Below, piece after piece: positions 39,377 to 51,539 of a stretch of 64,000 bases of DNA; position 1 is the stretch's first letter, and the number at the start of each line of letters is the position of its first letter. The stretch lies in NCBI RefSeq assembly GCF_006345805.1, contig NC_042997.1:191642001-191706000 (forward strand). Direction: 5' to 3'. The position numbers and the translations under genes are program-made. The notes beneath the pieces are model-generated. The model did not search any database. It saw only the letters and a list, made by a program, of their open reading frames with translations, and was not told the origin of the DNA. The DNA is from Octopus sinensis (Eukaryota).

Positions 39377-40195
39377 ATGGCTGGCTTGCCCACAGATTAG
39401 TCAATTCTATAATGGTGATTTTTATCAGCTAGACAAACACTTTTTTTAGTGTAGTATAATACTTAGATACGCTGCTTCAGATATAAGAGGGAAAAGTTGT
39501 TCTATAGCTCTGAGGTAATAATTCAATTCTTCTTAGCTAATATGAGATCATATGATAAGTCACAGGGGGGAAGGTAAATTATTAACTATATAGAAACTCA
39601 GTCAATTCTATACAGAAATCACTAAAAATATCTTGCCAACCAAGCCTATCTTGCTAAAAATAGTATTTCTTAAATACATAAAATAAACCAAAACTGTAGC
39701 AATATTAATCAAGAGTAAACATAAATGATAGACATGTAAAATTTCAACCAAGTGAAATAGCTAATCAGTTGTAATTTGATAAAGGTACCTAAAATTATGT
39801 GTAGGACCTTACAAAGATCAAGGCTTAGTTATATAGCATCCTTATCCATCCAAGTTACTTTAATATATTTGTTTTTAAGTCGTTAAACTTAGTTATAAAA
39901 GTGGAGTAATGTCTTAAACAGGATAAGTTAACCCTATTGAATAAAAGTAAATATATATATATATATATATTTATTGCCCACAGGGGGCTAAACATAGAGA
40001 GGACAAATAAAGGGATTAAGTCAATTACACTGACCCCAGTGCGTAACTGGCACTTTTTTTAAACAACCCCAAAAGGATGAAAGGAAAAGTCGACCTCAGC
40101 AGAATTTGAACTCAGAATGTAACAGCAACTGTACAGTGTAAAGATTGTGTAAGGTTGAAGGGTGGATGGCCAATGAGTCATAAATTGAAGAGATA

Positions 40196-40490
40196 TCATC
40201 ATCATCATCATTTAACGTCCGCTTTCCATGCTAGCATGGGTTGGACGGTTCAACTGGGGTCTGGGGAGCCTGAAAGCTGCACCAGTCCAGTCAGATCTGG
40301 CAGTGTTTCTACAGCTGGATGCCCTTCCTAACGCCAACCACTCCGAGAGTGTAGTGGGTGATTTTATGTGCCACCGACACAGGTGCCAGACGAGGCTGGC
40401 AAACGGCCACGCTCGGATGGTGTTTTTTTATGTGCCACCGACACAGGTGCCAGACGGCCACGCTCGGATGGTGTTTTTATGTGCCATGTT
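40196..40490 (-). mobile_element. RTE 3' tail, same subfamily as the 28-29.9 kb copy
   Basis: Near-identical in reverse complement to 29690..29926, including the GTGCCACCGACACAGGTGCCAGACG unit. Confidence 0.9.
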
Positions 40491-42904
40491 AACTGCTTTT
40501 ACAAAGTTGTTTTGAAATAAATGTCATAAATGACATTAATATGAATCAAAAGCAGCAAAGGTTCTCATTTCTATTCCCAAATGTATAATAGGACACTTGC
40601 CCAAGGTGTCACACAGCAAGACGAAACCTGAAATAATATGGTTGGGAAACAATTTTCTTAACCACACACCCATGCCTTGCACCTATACACCTGCCCAAAA
40701 TTCCATGTGGTGGGACTGAAATCAAAAACACGAGGTTGAGAAGCTAACCACACAGCTACACTTGCATCTATCAAAGCCACTCCTGCACCTAAGGGTAAGC
40801 GATGACACATTAATAAAACAGACTTTACAGCTGTCTCAGACCTGAGTAAGCAGTATTACAGTATATGCATTACCTGTTTATATCTCAACTACAATCTGTG
40901 TATATACATACAAACACACACACATGTATAATAGGCCAAGACAGATATACAATGAATCAATGTTTTTATACAGAGTAAAGCAGATTTTTTTTTATACACA
41001 TAAATGACATCAGATTCTATCTTTCTCTCTCCCCCACCATAATTATGATTATCAAATAGAGCGGAATGAGTATGTTTAATGTATGACAATATTAGCTATG
41101 ATGAAGACAAGTGATAACAGGGAAGAAAACCAATCAAAAAAACTTTAAAAGCATCTATTGGTGTAAACATAAGGCATCATAGTTGCCTCTAACTCTTTCT
41201 CTTTCCTTATTTAGTTTTACTGTGTTGCCAAGGTACTTTGTCAATTATATCAGTTTTTAACCTGTGTAGTTCTCATATGCCATTTTAGCTAACAGCAATT
41301 TGCATGCACAAAACAAACACATTTTCAAACAGACTTAGAAACTTCACCAGACTTTTAAGATTGAGCGAAATCACTTCATATAATTTTAGCAAAACAATGA
41401 CAGCCACGGCTTGGCTGTGTGATCAAGAAGCTTGCTTCAGAACCACATGGATTGCCATTCAGTCCCACTATGTGGGCAGTGCTAGATGGTGTCCACTACT
41501 ATAGCCACCAGTTGACCAATATTAGGAGTGAAATTGGTATACAGAAACTGAAGCCCATTGTGTGTGTGTGTGTGTGTGTGTGTCTATATACTACTAAAAC
41601 TCTGTAATTGCTTGCGTGCTTGTCTGTAATTTAATACAACCAAAACAGCACATAATGGGATAATACTCCGAAAGTAACGTAACCCTGAAATGGGAATATA
41701 TAATACTGTGAAAATTGTTTCCATTAATTTTGTTTACGTTATATAACAATTCCTTTTGCATCTTTGTACAAGTGTACACATAAGCCATAAATAAATATAT
41801 CACTGGAGTCCAAGTTTATCATGGAAGTTCTATTTCTTTTAGATACTGTAAATAATCAATAAAATCTTAAATATGAACTTGTAAGCCAGACCTATGATGA
41901 CACGAACAAACTGAAATATTTAACTGAATCATTATGAAATTAACTTTCATTCCAATGCCGTGTTGAAATCACATTCAATGCTTTATAACCTGAACCGTCA
42001 ATGACCCAACAGGTCATAGGTAGTCTAGTATATATATAAACCTGAGACCATGTGGTTGGGAAGTAAGCTTTTTAACCAACAGCCACACCTGTCTGTGTGT
42101 GTATATATATACATACACACACAGAGGCAGTATAGCTGTGTGTTAAGAAGCTTACTTCCTAACCATGTGGTCTCGAGTTCAATCCCAATGAGTGGCACCT
42201 TGGGCAAGTTTCTTCTACTAATAGTTCCAAATCAGCCAAAAACTTGTGAGTGGATTTGGTAGAGAGAAACTGAAAAGAAACCCAACGAAAGTGGTGCCTC
42301 AGCATAACCACAGTTCAATGACTAAAACCGGTAAAAGAAAATATTGGAATTTATTCTTTATAACCTACAGATCCCATCACCACCACCAAAAACAAAACAA
42401 AAAATCTATATATTGCTAAGAAATTTCTGGAAGTCAATAACCAAAAATACTAAGCACCATTTTTTGAAACATGACTACACATCTTATATTTATTTATTTT
42501 AGATAATACATGCTTAGAGACAAGTTTTAGATACAATTTGGTGCAGTTTCGTCAATGTTTTTGTTCTGCTGCTAATATTGGGAAGAACCAGGCGTGGAAA
42601 GTCCCAACTAGCTCTATTTACATCCGTGTTTGACTGGAATGTATTGCAAAAACATATCCAAGAAAACTACATCAATCACAGAATTAAAAATAATTGACAG
42701 AAAAATCAATAAAGGAGTAACAAAATCTAGTACTGAAATCAATTGTTTCTCACTTGCTGAGACTTAGCTATTCAATTACCATATTCCTAAATAGAACCAG
42801 AGCTCTAGGTGCAGAGATTTCTAATAAATAAATATAAAATCAGCAAAAAAAAAATAAAGAAATGAAGAGTTCCACCCAATCACAAAAGGTACAGACACAC
42901 ACAC

Positions 42905-43408
42905 ATACGCCACAGTTATTTATCAAATGGAAATTGTAGTTATGACACCTGTGCCGGCGGCACATAAAAAGCACCATCCAAACGTGACCGATGCCAGCGC
43001 CACCTTGACTTGCTTCTGTGCCGGTGGCACGTGACCTGCTGTGCTTGAGGAGACCTATTGAGTCAAGTACATCAACATAAAAATAAATATCAAATGGAAA
43101 TTGTAGTTGTGATACCTGTGCCGGTGGCACGTAAAAAGCACCATCCGAACGTGGCTGATGCCAGCGTCGCCTTGACTGACCGTAAAAAGCACCAACCGAT
43201 AGTGGCCGCTGCCAGCCTCCCCTGGCACATAAAAAGCACCCACTACACTCATGGAGTGGTTGGTGTTAGGAAGGGCATCCAGCTGTAGAAACACTGCCAG
43301 ATCAGACTGGAGCCTGGTGCAGCCTCCTGGCTTCTCAGACCCTGGTCGAACCGTCCAACCCATGCTAGCACGGAAAACAGACGTTAAACAATGATGATGA
43401 TGATGATA
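42905..43408 (+). mobile_element. RTE 3' tail with internally duplicated 3' UTR block
   Basis: ATCAAATGGAAATTGTAGTT...CACCATCC...CCTTGACT occurs twice (about 42922 and 43089) before the conserved tail. Confidence 0.85.
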
Positions 43409-43736
43409 TGTATAAAAACATACACATAGATATATATATATAGGTGCAGGCATGGCTGAGTGGTAAGAAGGTTGCTTCCCAAACACATGGTTGTGGGTTC
43501 AGCCCCCTCTGTGTAACACCTTGGGCATCTTCCACTAAAGCCTAAGGCCAACAGAAGCCTTATAAGTAGATATGGTAGATGGAAACACAGAACCCTGTTA
43601 TATGTATGTGTGTGTGTGTGTCTGCATTTACCCCCATCTTAACAACTGGTGTTTGTGTGTTTATGTCCTCATAACTTAGCAGTTTGGAAAAAGAGACTGA
43701 TAGAGTAAGTACCAGGATTTTAAAAAAAGTAGTGGC

Positions 43737-43884
43737 ATTAGGAAGGGCATCCAGCCATAGAAACACTGCCAGATCAGACTGGGCCTGATGCAGCCTTCTG
43801 GCTTCACAGACCCCAGTTGAACCGTCCAACCCATGCTAGCATGGAAAACGGGCGCTAAACGATGATGATGATGATGATGATGAT
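43737..43884 (+). mobile_element. RTE 3' tail (short)
   Basis: TTAGGAAGGGCATCCAGC...GCTAAAC(GAT)8. Confidence 0.85.
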
Positions 43885-44682
43885 AGTGGGGGTCAATTCA
43901 TTTGACTTCAAGGTGATGCCCCAACATGGCCATAGACTGAAACAAGTGAAAAAAAGATATATATAAAAATCTGTTTGTCATGTGTAAGACAAACAGTAAA
44001 TCATTCAATTGGCCTTTTAGTCAACTATTATAATACATCATTGGGTTGAGTAAGAAATGACTAACACTAGCTTAAACTGTGTCCAGCACACCTTTAGATA
44101 ATTACATTGCCTTTGACATAATTGTTTTATTGTTTTATGGTATTAGTCCAGAGGAAGAAATTGTATCCTGGACTTGGTACTAGACTAGTTCACTTGATGA
44201 GTTTCACATTCAGCTGCAAATCACTGATCATAGGGAAAGTTTGGGTGGGGAAAGAAGTTCCAAAGGGGTCGATATAGTAGGGAAGAATGTTGGGTAAGCG
44301 GTTTTCAAAGATTGACTTCTAGATATCTGCAGTGACTAACTATATCTTTGTATTGTCAAAGGAGTAAAGATTGTCATGCCCTAACAGAAAAATGTTTTGG
44401 GGCTATATTTATCCCCATTTAAAAGTGAACGGTGTGTCAGAACACTCAATACTGTGGCAGTTACAATGAGAGAACCTCTCATATGGTTTTGTGGTGTGTA
44501 TAAGCAATCTTCACATTGCAAGCAGGAGACAATCATTACCGTCACCACCACCAGGACTACCAGATCATGTGACTTTGGCCTCCAGTGGGATTATTAGAAT
44601 ACAATTAAAGTGCTAGAAGCAGTATCAATATCAAAAGGTAATACTTATCACCATTTATAAGTGGAAGTCACGTTAGCGATGT

Positions 44683-44886
44683 CATCATCATCATCGTGTA
44701 ATGTCCACTTTCCATGCTAGCATGGGTTGGATGATTTGACTGAGAACTGGCGGACCAGATGGCTGCACCAGGCTCCAATCTTGATCTGGTAGGTTTCTGC
44801 AGCTGGATGTCCTTCCTAATGCCAACCACTCCAAGAGTGTAGTGGGTGCTTTTACGTGTCACTGGCACGAGGGCCAGTCAGGCGGT
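44683..44886 (-). mobile_element. RTE 3' tail
   Basis: Reverse complement of the conserved tail. Confidence 0.85.
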
Positions 44887-45507
44887 ATATGCACTACAAA
44901 ACCATACATGAGGTTCTCTCAAGGTAACTATCACAGTATTGTGTGTTCTCACACAATATCCACTTTTAGGTGCTGATAAATATTAACTTTCGGTATCAAA
45001 ACTGCTTCTGTTGCTTTATTTTCTTTTTTTTTTCTCATAGCAGCACCATAGGATTCACATGAGTTGTCTAGGTTGCATGTGTATGACCCCTTTGTGCAGA
45101 AGGTTAAAGAGGAATAAAGAAAAATTATCATTTATACTGTAATGAACACTGTAAGGTGACAGCAAGCAAACCCTTAATAGTTTTAATATCTACCTGCCTC
45201 AGGAAGCCCCTGGTTCTATAATATATAGTTCTAATTTTAAAGTGATCGAAATTAATGAAAGTTGTCTCCAATGAAGTACTGCATGTGGAGTATTTGTGAT
45301 AGAAGTAATGGGTCAAAAAGGATTCATAGAGGTTTTTCTGGCAAGAAACCAGGTCCAGCAGTAATTTGAGGTGAATAGAAATGTTTGCAGGATGTGCAGT
45401 GTACAAAAGCACACACTGGTTTATGGATGGTAAACTTGCATGTTAAAGCTGGTTAAAACCACCACAGCCAATAGGGATGGGGATATTTCTTCCAGACATT
45501 GTAGTAA

Positions 45508-46100
45508 TCATCATCTTCATCACTTAATGTCCATCTTCCATGCTGGCATGGTTGGATGGCTTGACAAGAACTGGCAAGCCAGAGAGCTGCACCAGGCTCC
45601 AATTGTCTGTTTTGGCAAAGCTTCTATGGTTGGATGCCCTTCCTAAACACCAACCACTTTAGAGAGTGTACTGGGTGTTTTTTACATAGCACCATCACAG
45701 GTGTCTTTTACATGGCGCCGGCATGCAAATATTCTTAGGATATTAGAGATTCTGTCACAGCCGTTTTGATGCCACTTATTGAAAGGCTGACTTATTTGAC
45801 ATCAGTGGTTTTAATGCTTCTCTTAACCTGTTTCCGTTTATGTATATTTCTTTGTGTATGAGGAGAGGAAAAGTGTTTATGTCAGTTATACTCAATTATC
45901 AAATTGTAATGTCTCTCTCACTTTTTATTATCTTTATATGCCTTGTAAAGAGCACTGCGTCCACTCTGTGGGGTGGTTGGTGTTAGGAAGGACATCCAGC
46001 TGTAAAAAGCATTCAAAAACAGATGTAGAAGTCTGGTGCAGTCTTGTCAAGCCATCCAACTCATGCCAGCATGGAAAGCAAATGTCAGATGATGATGATG
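45508..46100. mobile_element. Two older RTE tails in opposite orientation (45508..45722 minus; 45950..46100 plus)
   Basis: Both retain GGATGCCCTTCCTAA / TTAGGAAGGACATCC and the CCATGC..GCATGG core. Confidence 0.7.
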
Positions 46101-46801
46101 GTGTGCATATTTCTGCAGATGCATGAGTGCTAGTTTGCTTCCAGCATCAAAAGGGTACTGTCACCAAAGCAAACTGAATGTTCAGCTAAGGGCACCAAAT
46201 CGCCTCATTCTTAATTTGTACAGCTGTGGAAGATTTGAAGTGATGATTTTTGACTGTGTGAAGGATAGGAAGGAATATGCCCAAGATGGTCTTGGTCAAC
46301 AGTTTAGTATGTGGAGGTATGGTGAGTAGTTGAAGAAGGGGGTTTGATTTAAGTTCATGAGAAAAATTAGAGCATGAGTTGGTGGGTCAAAAAGAGTTAA
46401 TGTGCAAATGCCAAAAAAAAAGCTTTTCTTCCAAGAAAGCAAACACCAATTAAAAAAGTATTACATGCCATGTAATTGCATACCTTTACCAAAATAATAT
46501 ATCACTAAGCTATATAGGACAACAGATAATCTATATGCATTCTATACTATATACGCCTTCAACGCTGTGTGTGTGCATGTATGTGTGTGTACATATACAT
46601 ATATATTCACACACACACAGTATCACTGGTATCTTTACAGAGCAATGGTATTTGCAAATTAAGAAAACTACTCATTGCTTTGAGAGCAGAGTCAGAGTTT
46701 GTTATTTTGTAATACTTAGAATTTCCAAGGACAGCAAACCAGCATCTAAGGTTTATGCAGTTTTGCTGCTCATCAGATAAAACACCTTGCAAATTGTAAC
46801 A

Positions 46802-46837
<36 letters not shown>

Positions 46838-46861
46838 CATAGCATGAGTTAACAACATAAG

Positions 46862-47060
46862 AACCATTAAGGAGAGCAAGTATAGATGGGCTGGCCACAT
46901 CGCACAGTTGAAGGACAAGAGATGGACTATCAGAGTGACAGAATGGACACCAAAACCATGGATAAGTTCAAGAGGCCAAGATGATCTCACCTACTACCTG
47001 GAGCCTACATGGCCACAACTAGCCAGAGACAGGCAGTGGTGGAAGGAGTCCAAGGAGGTG
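46862..47060 (+). mobile_element. RTE LINE C-terminal fragment (different family)
   Basis: RWAGHIAQLKDKRWTIRVTEWTP...W..LARDRQWW is a typical RTE ORF end. Confidence 0.75.
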
Positions 47061-47339
47061 GGTTCAACCTTCAGGAGTGATGAAACCCTGGATATTGGAT
47101 ATATAAGCACACAGGGTATAGCAGAATGGTTAAGAGGTTTGCTCCATAAATATGTGGTACCTTGGTCATCACCTATAATAACCCCAAGCCAACCAGTGCC
47201 TTCTGAGTGAAATTGGTAGACATCTGACACCAATCACATCATTGAGGACATTTTCATTGTTGCATCAATGCCTATTCTTTCATACTGAGATTGATTATGC
47301 TTCTGTACATCTCAATTGATGAGTAAGCTAACCACTTCA

Positions 47340-47752
47340 CTCATCATTGTTTAACATCCGCTTTCCATGCTAGCATGGGTTGGACGCTTTGACTGAGGGC
47401 TGGCGAACCAAATGGCTGCACCAGGCTCCAATCTTGATCTGGCAGAGTTTCAACAACTTGATGCCCTTCCTAATGCCAATCACTCCGAGAGTGTAGTGGG
47501 TGCTTTTACGTTCCACCGGCACGGGGGCCAGTCAGGCAGTACTGGCAACTACCTCACTTGAATGTTTTTACACGTGCCACCAGCACAAGTGCCAGTAAGG
47601 CGACACTGGTAACAATCACGCTCGAATGATGCCTTTTACGTGCCACCAACATGGAAGCCAGTTAGTCGCTCTGGTAACGATTACGCTCGTATGGTACTCT
47701 TAGCACCCTACTAGCACGGGGCACAAGTGCCACTAAGGCGATGCTGGTAACT
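47340..47752 (-). mobile_element. RTE 3' tail, same 3' UTR subtype as 7897 and 44683
   Basis: Conserved tail plus GGGGCCAGTCAGGCAGTACTGGCAAC and repeated GTGCCAGTAAGGCGA(C/T)(A/G)CTGGTAAC. Confidence 0.85.
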
Positions 47753-47799
47753 GTAAATATATTTCTACTACAGATATCACCAACTCAAATGCAACATTA

Positions 47800-48520
47800 T
47801 CTTTACATCATCAAGCTGGTGGGAGAGGCCTAAATCATCTCTCCTGCATACAACTGGCAATATTGTGTCACTTTCTCAACTCAGCTGAGATAAATCTCTC
47901 ATAAGTTATTGTTGTCTCTAACAGACCAAAACTTATTCAAACATAGCAATTCAATTAACTGTCTCTATGCTACACACTCAGTCTAGTAAAGCTGATCAGG
48001 GCTACTCAGCCACAACAAAAACATAGCAATTCTGTAGCTTCAGGTAACCTATCCAAATATTCTATAGTCACTCATTGTGTTAGCAACCCATGTACAGTGT
48101 TTAATTACTGCTAACTCTTTTCTCCATACTACACAAGGTATTTTCTCTGTTGCTTTTAGAACCGTCTTCCTGCTATGATTACAGTACATTTAATTCCCAT
48201 TCACCTTCATTTCTTCGGAATGTTAGTAATGAGAAGCAACCAACCATCTCATGAGCACAGTTAACATTTAATGCATATTCAGTTTAATCTTTATGACTGC
48301 TTCAAAAAAACTGCAGAGCAAATAGTCCCTTGGGGAGCATTGTAAATGGTTGGTTTCATCACAGACTGTGAGCATCAGTGTCCAGCAGACAATAAACCAT
48401 ACTAGTTTGACAAATGCAAAATGTTTGATTTTTGCCAAATATTTCCCTTGAAATTGTCTCACCAGAAACAGTTTTGATTCCATACCTTGTCTTTCCTCAT
48501 TTCGTCTTGGCAGCATGTGT
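47800..48520 (-). mobile_element. Highly degenerate RTE RT remnant
   Basis: FLVRQFQGKYLAK resembles FLVRQLQEKYLAK of the 28 kb copy; the rest is scrambled. Confidence 0.55.
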
Positions 48521-48799
48521 TAGTCGTAAACAAGTGTCACTGACATACAAGCAGTGTCATTCATTTCTAATATTCTGCAAAATATGTCTGGCCATAAGAA
48601 ACTATTACTTTGCTTGGAAACAGGTGAGGGTTAGCAAGAAGAAGGGCATCCAGCTGCAGAAAATTTGCCTCAATAAACTGTCTGACCCATGAGAGCATTG
48701 AAAAGTTGACATTTTAATGATGACCATGATGATATCAAGAAAGAACTACTCAGCCCACAGCTCTTTTTCCATCACCCAATAGACCCAATAAGAAGCATC

Positions 48800-48833
<34 letters not shown>

Positions 48834-48978
48834 AAACACACACACTGGACTTTCAGTTTCTGTCTACCAAATCCACTAACAGGGCATTGATCAACCCAGG
48901 ACTATAGAAGACACACGGTGGAACTGAACCTGAAACTATGTGGGTGGGAAACAAACTTCTAACCCACACAGCCACATT

Positions 48979-48983
<5 letters not shown>

Positions 48984-49040
<57 letters not shown>

Positions 49041-49243
49041 CATACATATATGCATATATATATATATATGTGTGTGCATACATATATATATATATGTGTG
49101 CATACATATATATATATATATATATGTGTGCATACATATATGCATATATATATGTGTGCATACATATATGCATATATATATATATGCATATGCATATATA
49201 TATATGTGTGCATACATATATGCATATATATATGTGTGCATAC

Positions 49244-49274
<31 letters not shown>

Positions 49275-49375
49275 CATACATATATGCATATATATATATA
49301 TATATATATATATGTGCATACATATATGCATATATATGCATACATTGATATATATATATCAATGTATGTATGTAT
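48984..49375. repeat. Compound micro/minisatellite (TGTGTGCATACATATATGCATATA...)
   Basis: Direct inspection; it produces the low-complexity ORFs in the track. Confidence 0.95.
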
Positions 49376-49968
49376 AAATCAATGTTTTATATCTATTTTT
49401 TATGGCTGTATGAGTTGTTCTTGTAAATTATAGAAATTTGCAGTACGGATGCAATTGTTTTCATTGGATGCCTTGCCTACGACTGTCCACTCAACCATGA
49501 AGGAGGAGTATAACCTGTTGTCAGCCAGAGTGAGGCTGACAATGATGCACCTTGCATACAGGTACAACACAATGTCTGCAAAAGAGTTTGAACTCATGAG
49601 TAGATGTGATATTGCACCACCTGAAAAAAATCTCCGAATCACTGGTGCTCTCCCATAACATATATATACAAGAAACCTTTCAAAACAAACTGTAAAACGT
49701 TGCATATACATTATGTACAAAGCATAAGCACTATGCATGCATACCCTCAGATATATGTATCTACAAAGTATGGCGATACCAGAGATACTAAATTGCCCAT
49801 GCTCGGGACTATTAGCGGTTGAAAGCTACCTCTGCATTTCAACATACGCACAACCCAACAACGTCGTCTCCACACGGTTGCTCGACCTGCTAGAAACACC
49901 AGCCAAATCTCCAGATTACACATTACATTCTTTAAAATGCAGGACACGTTGAGTGATGCAATCCTATG

Positions 49969-50007
<39 letters not shown>

Positions 50008-50009
<2 letters not shown>

Positions 50010-50146
50010 GTTAGGAAGGGCATCCAGCTGTAGAAACATTGCCAAATTAGACTGGAGCCTGGTGCAGCCTTCTGGCTTCCCAGAACCCCGGTCGAACCGT
50101 CCAACCCATGCTAGCATGGAGAACGGACGTTAAACGACGATGATGA
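50008..50146 (+). mobile_element. RTE 3' tail (short, little diverged)
   Basis: TTAGGAAGGGCATCC...ACGTTAAACGACGATGATGAT. Confidence 0.88.
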
Positions 50147-50961
50147 TATATATATATATATATAAACCTGATAAAAATGTTTTTGATCATTGGTCTGCTC
50201 GATCAGGTCCGACCATGGGTTAAACAGCAATGTGCATACACACACACACACACACACCAAGCAGCAATTACACCATTAGAAATTCAATCTATATGATATA
50301 GTATTGTGCACGTGTACAATTTCTTCAACCACAAATCATATTGATTGAAAGTATGGATCACACACACACACCCCAGACAGCTCTTTTTTTCTTCTCTCTC
50401 TCTCTCTCTCTCTCTTAAACAACTCAATACAACTATTTATATCAAATACGTAGGACTTAAGACGGGAGGTTTGTTTTTGTAGAGTCCATGAGCAGACATC
50501 TGTTTTCTACGGAAAAACAAATTTTAGAACGAGTCAAATAATATATATACATATCTATAAGAATCAACAAATCAATCTGAGAAAGATGATCATGTCTATA
50601 TAAAAGCTATTTAATGGTTAAGCCTATATATATATATATATACATACACACAAAGTGTATGTAGTACGTATGCATAGAAACGTGCTATATATCTATATCT
50701 CTCTTTTGCATGCTCTGGTGTGTGCATGAGTATGTATGCACGAAACTCACAGCATGGCCAAATGTTAAGAGACTGTGTGCAAACACACAAAAACAAACAT
50801 TAGATATAAACATTACACATGCCATGTTTAACGACGGCATGTTCAGTCAAAATTCCACTGAATATTGCTTACACACCCCAACCAATGCAAATAACACACA
50901 TACACAGAATGAATAAACTACATATATATCGCATGTGTTTCCATTCGTCCATCAACTCAAA

Positions 50962-50994
50962 TGCATGCACACACACACTATATATATATATATA

Positions 50995-51038
<44 letters not shown>

Positions 51039-51043
51039 ATATA

Positions 51044-51111
<68 letters not shown>

Positions 51112-51114
51112 TAT

Positions 51115-51201
<87 letters not shown>

Positions 51202-51204
51202 ATA

Positions 51205-51250
<46 letters not shown>
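50962..51250. repeat. Higher-order (TA)n/(TG)n microsatellite
   Basis: Four (TG)n blocks alternate with phase-slipped (TA)n blocks. Confidence 0.95.
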
Positions 51251-51251
<1 letters not shown>

Positions 51252-51395
51252 GTTACTATGAAACATGAACAGCTGCCATTCAAAAATCAAAACAAATCAT
51301 CCCGAAACAATGACGACGATAAGTCATATAACAATTTATCGTCCACATCCAGAAGAAAGCATTATATGCTTGCACATGGGTGTGAGGATATAGAG

Positions 51396-51426
<31 letters not shown>

Positions 51427-51539
51427 TATATGGATTCGAAAGAATATATATATATACAAATATATAACAAAATAAAAACTCTGTAGGGGAGGGAGACATT
51501 TTCTTATAACCACTGGTGCATGCTGAGAATCCAATATTG

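Noticed and set aside
49449-49658. 69-aa ORF MQLFSLDALPTT... with protein-like composition
   Set aside because: Short, no recognisable motif or splice signals, and antisense to CCDC6; not supportable.
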